This document shows, piece by piece, positions 11,296 through 21,257 of a stretch of 41,151 nucleotides of DNA. The position numbers and the translations under genes were made by a program. This stretch comes from Jimgerdemannia flammicorona. Its lineage: Eukaryota. Location of the stretch: contig RBNJ01000113.1 of assembly GCA_003990765.1 (NCBI GenBank), positions 1 to 41,151 on the forward strand, in the 5' to 3' direction. A model generated the notes under the pieces. That model did not search any database. It had not been told where the DNA came from and saw nothing but the letters and a program-made list of their open reading frames with translations. Numbering within the stretch: position 1 is the stretch's first letter; every line of letters begins with the position of its first letter.

Positions 11296-13298
11296 AGGTC
11301 CCCAGCCCAGATGTCTTATATGACTTCCCGGCAGCGTGGTTTGGCCCTGATGTCCCCATTCCATATAGAGTAGCAGCCTCAACACCAATTGAGGATTTTG
11401 CCTTCATGTCTTCTCTTCCCAGTTCTCACTTAAGTCAATTTTTTGTCCCTTGATTTCAGATGTTTACTGAGGAGGGCTTTGTTACAGATATATCTCTACC
11501 TTGGCTTACCCCCGAGCTCACGTATATACTGAATTTTGGCCCTAAGTTTGTTCTCCCCAGGTCAGCATTGATGAACAGCACCATCGACCCAATTTCGTTG
11601 TTGTCGTTCCAATGGTATCTTGACCTTGCCACCTTCTGGACCTCTATGGATAATTCTGACGATGTCCTGGAGATCTCCACCTAGGTGCCATCTAAATGGC
11701 AACTGCCACACTATATGAAAAATATGCAAATTATGCTCCATATGAGTACTGCTTTAAATCAAGCTGTCTGACCCATGACAAATGTGTCCAGTGCACTTGT
11801 ACTGAAGAAGTTCCGATGCCTTCTTAAAGGTATCCATACTCATGATGACTTTACAGTCTGTCTTACTGACAAAAATCTGGGGTTCACTGTAATTCTGCGC
11901 GCTCTTTATCTCGATGGTCTTTGGTCTCTCCTTCATGATCCTGTGTATGTGAATGATCCCTCTATGATTGATGACATTAAGAAATCAGTGAGATTAGACC
12001 TATTGGGTCTACTCGAGTTCTGCATCAGTGATAGAAATTGTATGCCAATTTGGGAACACCTCATAGAGCCTAGCGATTGTAAGATGCCCATGTTTCATAC
12101 TTTGCCCAAGGTACACAAAGGGGCTCATGTGGTATAGCATCCTATCATTGGTACTTTTAACTCTTCCATGACTGAGATTTCATATTTCCTATCTTGCTTT
12201 CTCTACCTGTGGTCGGCCCATCTGCGTCATAATGTGGGTTATTCACATTATTCACCTCTACGTAATATGCTTGAACTGTTACAGCTAGTTCGATTGGATT
12301 ACCTAGACATGTCAGATTGCAACTATGTCGCTACTGGAGATTTCACTACCTTCTACATCAGGATTACATTAGATGAGTGCATTGACTGCCTTACCTTCTT
12401 ATCGACAGTGGCCTTCCCCTCTGGCTCTTTGCCACTTGAAGCCATTCTTGGCCTTGTCCACATTGTCATGACCCATATGACGTTCACATCTGCCATCGAT
12501 TCCTTCCACTCTGTGTCTAGTGTTGCTATAGGGACAAATTGTGCCCCGGATCTTGCCAACCTCATTGGTTTTGCTCATAAGTTGCATGCCTTACAAGTGC
12601 CTGACCATCTGCTAAGCCGAGCCATCGAAGCCGGGCTAAAGTTCTGCTGGTATATTGATGATCTTATTGTCTTTACACTTATGATTATGGACTTGGCCAC
12701 AATCTTTGGTGCCATATATCCTCCACATCATCATATTGAATGGGAAGTCTTGTCCACTGGACCGTGCCATTATCTGGACCTGGAAATCTGAGTTGCACTG
12801 TTCTGCACAGGCCGCTTTGCTAAGTTCCCACATAGTACACAGTTTGTTGACTAGTTGAGTAATCATCCTAGGAAGATACTCTATCTATACATTGTGAATG
12901 AGGCCTGCTGCCTATCACTGCTCTGCTTGTCTTACTGTGATTGGCTTGATGAGTGTTGGCTCTTAGCTGAGTTCCTGGTTCACAAGAAAGGATACCCTGT
13001 TAATGTTGTAACTGCTCAGTTGAGTTTGATTGATTGGCTTGAGGTCCGAACTTCACTTCTCACCCCTCTCCTTATTTCCCACCCCCCCATTCCCCACTTC
13101 GCTTTTCCTCCCCCATTACTTGTTGTCCAATATGACATAGCCCGATGGCTACATCAACAGCCTAACAAGACTCTATGTATCACTTTGCTTCATTTTGGTT
13201 TCCCTGCAACTGCCCAGTAACCTATCATTGCCCAGAAGAATGGTTTTATCATTCTTAATGCCGTCTCAAATACCAGCTTCGCTCTAAGTCCTTCTTGA
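11289..13298 (+). pseudogene. PLE reverse transcriptase ORF2 (right copy), 670 codons, -1 frame relative to ORF1
   Basis: Track ORFs at 11460, 11775, 12168 and 12855 are all in the same frame. Motifs: LPKVHK, GDFTTFY, GTNCAPDLANL, WYIDD, YLDLEI, SNHP. Confidence 0.88.
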
Positions 13299-13327
13299 AG
13301 GCCACACTGCTTGTACATGCCGGCGAT

Positions 13328-14034
13328 GTTTAAAAATGTGAAAAATCACCGAACAACCTCCGGTGCAAGGCTCTAGGCCTGATGCCTGCATACCTATACT
13401 CTATGATACCTGTCTACCTCTGCTCACTTCGCTCACTTCGGTGCCGAGGCTCTATTCCACGCTGGTCACGAGGCTCTAGGCCTGACACCTGCGCCTTTGG
13501 GTGCTGATGATTTTTAGGTTTTTAAACCTATAAGTGACAATCACATGACAATACGTGATGTGTCATTGGTCTAGTTCCGTTTTTAGCATTGTTTCCTATA
13601 TGTGTAACATTAGATCACATAACTGGAATATTTTTCCCAATTGTTACTATATCAGGTTTTTTAATGGCCCATCATGTGTGTAGATCGATGAAGCCCGATT
13701 CAGACCTTTGTTTGGATCGGAGCAAGGTCTGGGTACTTATGTACCTATCTGATTCTGGAATTCTGGGGTTAGATCCATGTCTTTGTTTATCTGAACTTTG
13801 TTTCTCATAATGAATAAAGACCACTGCGTATTGCAGTGCTGAGGGCGGGTTGCAGATCTATTGCACCTTGCTTCGGAAAACACTTTATTCTGCTTGCTTT
13901 TGTTCCATCGTGAAAATTTACATAAGATTACTGCTTCCTCTGTTTTGACCTCTTACTGCCAACTTTCATATTAGCCATAATAGTATCACATCTCGCTCTA
14001 AACTATTCCTCTATTATCTATTCATTTTATAATA
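13328..14034 (+). repeat. PLE terminal repeat, 3' end of right copy
   Basis: Reverse complement of 44-749, with internal inverted repeat 13328-13348/13508-13527. Followed by poly(A). Confidence 0.92.
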
Positions 14035-14501
14035 AAAAAAAAAGATGTAATATAACTCTTAATATTAGATATTATTTTAGACTTGAGCAATATACTAGTA
14101 TATCTTATCAAATCTAATATATCTAGCTATAGATATATCATATAGTTCTTACAGAATTTATAAGTAAATAGAGATATTAGAGACCCAAATTCTTATATTG
14201 TTAAGATATATATATTTATTTTAAATAGATTATATAATAGTTCTAGTTTCTTTAAGAGGGAGCAGCTAGGTTCTGATAATTCTAGTAAGTCTAAAGTAGC
14301 TCTAAACTTTATTTAAGTAGAGAACAAAAATAATTATATAAAATTGAAAGAAAGATCTGAAAGAATCTTGGAAAAGAAGAGAAAGGCTAAGAAATAGGTT
14401 CTTAACAAAGATGATTAATAGAATTCTACAATATTTCAAAAGGTTATATAACTAGCTAAGATAAGATACTTAGTACTGAAAAAAGATAAGAATATTCTAG
14501 T

Positions 14502-15138
14502 TAGTACTCTAAATAAATCAATTTAATCTAGATTGGATTCAGATTGGATTCAGATTGGATTCAGATTGAATCCCATCTAGATCAACTCAGATAGAAAATG
14601 AGCTGATCTGGATTAATTCAAATCAACTATTGTTTTGATTTCCAAATTAGACAATTAAATATTTACATCAATAACTTAATAAATAATTATTCAATTTTAA
14701 TAATCTTAGTGTTATTTGAAAGCTCTTAATAAGGCCTTTCTAATGATATCAAGAATATTAAAATCAGATTACACATTGCTGAGCTATTAAGGAAAATATT
14801 TTTTTGAAAAAAAAAAAATCCAAAATTGGCAAGTTGAATAATTTCCAAAATTGACAAGTCAGATATTTTTCTTGATAACTCAGTAATATATAATTCAATT
14901 GCAATGTTCTTGATATCATTAGAAAGGCCTTATTAAGGGCTTTCAAATAATATCAAAATCATCAAGATTATCAAAATTAAATAATTATTCATCAAGTTAT
15001 TGATGTAAATATTTAATTGTCTAATTTAGAAATAAAAACAATAGTTGATTCAAATCAATCCAGATCAGCTTGTTTTCCTATCTAAGTTGATTCAGATGGG
15101 ATTTGAATCTGATCTAGATTAACTTGTTCAGAGCACTA
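14502..15138. mobile_element. Non-autonomous hAT-family foldback element (MITE)
   Basis: Termini TAGTACTCTAAA/TTCAGAGCACTA match the large hAT TIR. Inverted arms are roughly 280-300 bp. The 8-bp TSD ATTCTAGT/GTTCCAGT differs by two transitions. Confidence 0.85.
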
Positions 15139-15769
15139 GTTCCAGTGATATCTTAGTACTAAGAGGAGATTTCTAGATATTCAGAAGATACTGAAATATA
15201 GTAGAATATTCAGAAAAAGATAAGAAAAGACTAGTAAAAAGATGTAAAAAAGTACTAAGACTAAGATATAATTGTAAAATTATTATATTCCTCTCTTTTT
15301 AAGAAATAATGTCCTTATTGAGTTCTTAGATAACATAAGACTAAATATACTTAACCAAAATTTCTCAAACTTATATTAATGAATTGGTGAGAACTAATCA
15401 TCCTTATATAGAATAGAGGACCTATTGTCAGACTAATCAACTAAAAGAGATTTAAACTTAGCTAGTAGCTCATTTTGATAGACTTTTTATTTATTAGATA
15501 TTCTGCTAATTCTAGAGTCTCAAAGTAAACTTTCAACATATAAGATACTAGTTATTACCATAGATTGTTGACAATCTAAGAAAGTTACTACAGAGATTGA
15601 ACAATATGTTTTGCCTTAAAGTCTTGAACTAGGTCTTAAGAGTTCTTTAGATTGATCAGTGATTTTCAGTAGTACTCCAAATGAGTCAATTTGAATCAAA
15701 TCTGGATTTGATTCATCACATGATAGTTTGATCCAAATCTCAAATCTGAAGTCATCTGAATTAACTCAA

Positions 15770-16032
15770 ATTAATCTGAATCATCCCATCTGAATCACCC
15801 CATCCAAATCATCCATCTAAATCACCCCATCTGAACTACTTAATCCAAATTACTCAATCCAAATCACTCAATCTAAATCACTCAATCTGAATCACTCAAT
15901 CTAAATTACTCAATCTGAATTACTTAATCTAAATCCTCCAATTCAAATCCTCCAATTCAAATCCTCTAATTCAAATCTTTTAATCTGAATCCTCATCCAA
16001 ATCCTTCAATCAAATCCTTTAATCCAAATCCT
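15770..16032 (+). repeat. hAT subterminal ~14-bp tandem repeats (copy 1)
   Basis: ATC(C/T)(G/A)AATCACTCA-like units; a CpG-depleted version of 40250-40625. Confidence 0.85.
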
Positions 16033-16305
16033 CCACATGACTTATATACTAGATGCATCTATATATACAATATACATATATGCAAACATATGCATATATG
16101 CAAATATACACATATACATAAAAATATACAAATACACATCATTTTCCTGGATACCTTTCTCCTATACAATTCACATTACACCAACTTTAAGCAATGATTT
16201 TTGATATAACTCAGAGAAAAGATACTATAAAAATATCATCAAGCAAGAGTTCCAACAGGTATACTGAGTCAGATAGATCTAGTGCATTTGGCTGGCAGTA
16301 TGTAG

Positions 16306-18250
16306 GGAGAGATTATGGACTAGAGATGGGGAATTTTGGAGAATTGAAGGGTGGAGAAGGCTCTGGAGGAGGTTCAGTATCCAGTGGAACTGGGGGAAGG
16401 CCTAGACCCTCTAGCTTTATAGACAAGGTAAAGGTGAGTGGATGGCCAGCTGGAACTAGAGCTGGTACTGCTGAGGGAAAGGACAAGGCTAGTATTGAGA
16501 GAGGGAGCAGTACTCTAGTAAGAGATGTGAGTATAGGGGCTAGAGGTGCTGTGGCTGGGGGTTGGACTGCTGATGGGAGTATGACAGAAAATTAGAAAAA
16601 AAAAAGAGATATGATGGCTGATGGTAAGGTAGGGTAGAGGTTCCCAATGTGGAAAGAGGACCTAGCAGATGGTGTGATGGGGCTGGCAGTGGCACTATTA
16701 CTCAAGAAGTTGATTTTAGAGTTTATGGCTACCTTATACTTCCAGGGCTTGGCAGTGATAGTGAGGATGGTCCTGGGGATTATCTTGAAGCAGGTGGCTG
16801 GAGCCACCTCAGTGAAGTTTCTGAAGAAGCTAGAGGGGGTTGAGGTGGGCTTTGAGAAGGTAGGCACACTAAATGAGGCTCTGAAGACTAGAGTAGTAGT
16901 TGGGGAAGTGGTGGTCCCTATGGTATATTGCCTAAGGTGGGACCTCAGGGTGGTTCAGTTGCTAGTGAAGGGGGTGCCTACAGTGATGGTGGTTAGGATG
17001 AGGAGGAGGGTTGAGGAGATGATGGCAAAGTATAGTGATATAGTTGATATTGGTTTTCAGATATGGGAGGGGACCACTATTAGGACTAGAAATGTTAATA
17101 TCAGGATTTGCCTAGTAGGAAAGGAGGTCACTGGGAAGATGAGTGACTGGCCAACAGTAATGCTTTGGGGGGCTTACAGCTGTCAGATGTTGAGGGTAAA
17201 AGGGAGTGAGGAGGAGGAGGAGGAGAATCTGTTGGAGGCTCTAGAGGAGATGAGTGGAGCTGTCAAGTGGTGGACAAAGATATGAAAGTTGTATGAGGAG
17301 TCAATACATCTGGTGATTGTCAATGGAAAATATATTTGTACTGACAAGAGGTAGTGAGAGAGGGCTCAAGGGTATAGGAGACAGAGAGAGCTGCTGGTGA
17401 GAATGGAAGGAGAGGTGAAGTTGAAGGCTGGGGGTACTGAGAAGTCTGCAGAGGTGGAGGTGAGTATCTGGGCTAGTAAGAGTGGAGGAGATGTGGAGGA
17501 GGGCCTGAGGGAAAGGAGAAGACACTATACAAGGACTCATTTGCAAATAGTACATTTGAAGTCTGGGAACAGGTCATGGATAACACTCCCTCTCTAGTCT
17601 GGCAGAGTCCAGCTACAAGGGGTCAGACAGCAGAGGATGAGCAGATGAGAGGTACTCAGTGGGTACACTTTAGAGTTCCTGACATGACAAAAGGTAGACA
17701 GATGGTGGCTGTTAGTAAGGATGAGCTGGTGGATGTCCCAGAGGAGGGGTGGTATGAGACAGCTAGTGTAGGAGCAGATAGATGCAGAAAGACCAGGGAT
17801 ACTGGGAGAGAAGAAGATAGAGAACCTGCTGTGGATGAGCAAGATAATGGATAACTTTGCAGCTGAGAAGTTGGGGAAAGTGAACTTGTATGTGATACCT
17901 GAGGAGTATTGGGCACAGATTCTGCATAGAGATGGGGTAGTGGGGATACTGAAGGCAGAGATACTTGCAATTCTCCTAGAGGAGGAGGGATATGAGGTTG
18001 ATAAGGAGAGGGAGACTGAACTGGCAGTCATTACTGGTGAGCATGCAGCCTACTGTTGGACAGAGCATTATGATTTGTAACTCTGACAGTAGACATATCT
18101 GGAGTATCATAAGGACTTTGAGGAAAAAGAGAATAGGGCAATGGCTGAACTTCTGATTGAGTTGGAGATACAGGTGGCAGAAGAGAAGGAACTGGCTGCA
18201 GAACATAACTTGGATTTGGCACAGGAGGAGTTGAATGCAGATTTGTAGAG
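16306..18250 (+). pseudogene. LINE ORF1 (RRM-like region), boundaries approximate
   Basis: VQLLVKGVP...EEMMAKYSDIVDI...GTTIRTRNVNIRI resembles the Tx1/L1 ORF1 RRM pattern, and it lies upstream of ORF2. Heavily disrupted. Confidence 0.5.
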
Positions 18251-18251
18251 A

Positions 18252-19254
18252 ATGAGATTGATAATCAATATTATTTCTTATGAATAGTACAACTAATATT
18301 TTCTCTCTAAATGTGAATAGGTTAAGGGGTTCTGGATATAAGAATATTTTTACTTGGCTTAAGGGATTGGAGGCTGATCTCTTTTTACTACAAGATGTAT
18401 AGTGTGAGGATGAGGAATATCAGATGGAGTAGACTAGAGAATGGGGAGAAGTTACTGCTTGGATTAACAAAGTAGTGATTCTGGTGAGGAAGGGTAGAGG
18501 TGATTTGGGCAGAATCAAGAGCTGGGATGACTGTTTGGTCTGAGAGAATGGCATCAACCTGGGTGGAAATCAGTGAGGGTTGGCTCCTGCTACTGCCCTG
18601 CAGTTAGGGGTGAGCAGATTGAGTAGATTAGGGATCTATTAGAGGAGGATATTCTCTTGAAGAAAGGTATTGATGTTCTGGAAGGTGACTTTAATATGGT
18701 GCAAAATTCACAGATGAATAGAACTGATGGAGGGAGGAGTACAGGTGGGAGGAGTAGTGGTCTGGATAAGTGGGAGGAGGTAGAGAACCTTAGCTTCTTA
18801 GGGGATATGGGTAGAATGTAGTGGGGTGATAGGAGGGTCTATACACACTGGGTGAATAGACTGGATACGAGAATTGACTAGATTCTGATGGCCAAATATT
18901 GGAGTGCTGATGTTTGGAGGACTCTGGAGGTAGTATGGTGCCCATGGTCTGATCACTGGGGGCTATTGGATCAGGGGCAGTTTGGGGGGAGTGGAGATAG
19001 ATCCAGACATTGGTGCCTTAACTTCTCTCTGCTGGCTGAGAAGGGGTTGTGGGACCCATGGGTGGAGGACATCCAAGTGAAGATCACTAACTGGATATGT
19101 GAGAGTTCATCTGTAGGTATCTATTGGATGAGGTTGAAGGAGACTGTGAGGGTTTATTGAGAAGGAGCTAGTAGAGAGACTAGGAGGCAGAGAAGAAGCA
19201 AGTAAGGTATACTTCTAATAGGCTGATTAGATTGTAGATAGAATGGGCTGATTT
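18252..19254 (+). pseudogene. LINE ORF2, AP-endonuclease part
   Basis: GDFN (~18684), RID.IL (~18868), SDH (~18948) and WCLNFSLL motifs. Confidence 0.8.
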
Positions 19255-19541
19255 TGTAAGTGCACAACCTCTAAGCCACTGAATTACATGTCACCCTCTG
19301 AATAAGCCACTGAAATCACACGTGATCTCTGAACAAATCTGGAAATAACTTGCTTGATCATGAAGCTGAGTCAAACTGAAGTCACAGTGCACAAAGCTGA
19401 GTTAAACTGAAGTCATAGAACACAAGATTTATACAAGCGGAATCTTACCAATCAGGATCAAATGCATATATACCAAGCACTGAGATGTGTCAAAACAGAG
19501 AACCAAAACAAACAATAACTATAACTGCCAAACACACAAAC

Positions 19542-20598
19542 ATGACCACCAAGATCTATACCTGTATCCATGCTGACATTTGGAATGCCATTGTCAATGG
19601 AGCCACACCCCCTCTTCCCCTCATGAATATCCATAGCCTAGCACCCCTCTACTTTGTGGAAGTCTGATGGAATGCTCTGAACATGCTTAGCGAGGCCCAC
19701 CAAATCGGACAAATCTCAAGCTACTACCAGATTGGCCACCTCCTGGAAGATATAGTTGAATACCACCATGATACAGACATTACCCAGATGTCCCAACACC
19801 AGAAGCTCATTGCCCGCAAATATCAAGAACTCTTCTACAAGTACAGTACTATTATTTCCTACCTCCAAGTTACCACTAGCGAAATGGTCGCTACTCTGTC
19901 CTATGGCCAAATCGATGACATGATACAAGAACTCAACCACAAGTACCTCAAGTACATTGAAACTACAGACAGAATCTTCCCACACCCCAATGATCACATC
20001 CTGCAAATGCCCCAAGTTGGATACACCATGAAGGACATCTATGATATAATTCACTTTGATGAAGATGAAGCAGAAGACAATGATCCCTCTGATGCTGACA
20101 TGACCTCTAGCCAAGGATCTCTGCCAAACCTGATCACACCACCGACCTTGCCAATGAACTTATAACAATTCATAACAGCCTACAAGACTTATTGAGACAA
20201 TGACCACTGGCATAAATACCAACCTGCATTCACCCCCGATTACTTCAACTACAATGAAGAGACCGGAGAACATAACCTGTACCTTCAGACAACCCTTGAG
20301 ATTGAACCAACCACTCCACTACCTGAGTATGAGTAATATGAACCACAGCCACCAGCCTACTACAACCCCATGACTCATAGTACTATAACCTATAGAAGGT
20401 ATGCAGATAGTGAAACCAATGAAAGCAAAGATGATGCACCCCTCCTTCACCCACCAACATGGAGACGAAGTTCCAATGTATTATTACCTCAGTGAACAAG
20501 GAGAAGTAATCCACAAACTACTTTTCCTAGACAACTACTTTATCAGAGATGATGCAATTGATAGTGATGTCATTGAGGACTACCCAGACAGTGCCTAA
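19542..20598 (+). pseudogene. LTR-embedded ORF, unknown protein (5' LTR copy)
   Basis: Track ORFs at 19485 and 19683 share a frame that continues through point stops. A ~40-bp deletion at ~20460 shifts the tail (ORF 20401-20598). Confidence 0.7.
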
Positions 20599-20786
20599 AC
20601 CATAAATAGCCTAGCAGTCATAGTATAGTTAGAGTAGCCTTATATGATGTGACTGTGAACTGACTCAGCAGTCAGACGATCTCTTGACCTATCAGATTAC
20701 ACTTGTACTACATGACTGTATTCCGACTCAGCAAAGCACTTAGTGCTATATCTATATTCAGCATAGTCCAGATAGCTCCTCACTAG

Positions 20787-20792
20787 TATAAA
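20787..20792 (+). promoter_or_regulatory. Candidate LTR TATA box
   Basis: TATAAA, conserved at 29168-29173 in the 3' LTR, downstream of the LTR ORF. Confidence 0.6.
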
Positions 20793-21257
20793 TACTCCCT
20801 CCCCCAGACCTCAGAATCTGAGACTCGAATATACAAGAACATTTCTGAATACTTCCCCACAATATTCCTTCACACAACTACTCCTAGTATAGAAATATCA
20901 TGAATAGCGAATAAAATTACTCAAATAACCCACAAATCACTCTTAAGTAAATCCACTCTCCATTAGGTCCCACTCCTAACCCTGTCATAAAATTTTCTAA
21001 TTGGGTATTGTCTGCAGCGATATGCCAATTCAACTAAGCTGGTCTTAGTTTCTTGAACTTCCTGAAATATGGAAAATCCAAACATCCAGAACTAGTCTGA
21101 AAAAGGGACTTTGGTTGAGATGTTAACCCAAACTTGAAATCAATGAGCATAGAGGATGTACTCTATATGAAATTGATCTTGACCATAAGAAAACAGTCTT
21201 CCAGAATATCCAGAACTTCCAGAAAACCCTTCCAGAACTATGTAACAGTTACCCTAA

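Larger units (their letters stand above)
9614..14043 (+). mobile_element. Penelope-like retroelement, right copy (uninterrupted), head-to-head with the left copy
   Basis: Partial 5' repeat 9614-10128, ORF1 10135-11295, ORF2 11289-13298, full 3' repeat 13328-14034, then an A-run to 14043. Confidence 0.88.

Noticed and set aside
13504-13545. CTGATGA in the PLE repeat as a hammerhead ribozyme core
   Set aside because: No GAAA follows a stem II. The upstream GAAA (13340) cannot form the stem II closing pair and is better explained as part of the inverted repeat. The CTGAGGG...GAAA candidate at 13839-13880 lacks the CUGANGA and NUH consensus.
44-14043. DIRS/tyrosine-recombinase element or a giant-TIR DNA transposon
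   Set aside because: The RT motifs are PLE-type. No recombinase, RNase H or transposase is visible, and the arms are whole element copies.
14525-14570. GATTGGATTCA repeats or the hAT subterminal repeats as telomeric repeats
   Set aside because: They lie inside TIR-bounded elements and not at the PLE ends.
15139-15669. Possible RT-like remnant (YVLP.. motif) in the AT-rich relic
   Set aside because: Too degraded to assign by eye. It needs a translated profile search on the rejoined 14044-14501 + 15139-15669 + 38280-40150 sequence.
16194-17300. Antisense ORF in the LINE 5' region
   Set aside because: The minus-strand frames are Ser/Pro/Thr-rich shadows of a purine-rich strand, and the plus frame carries the ORF1-like pattern.
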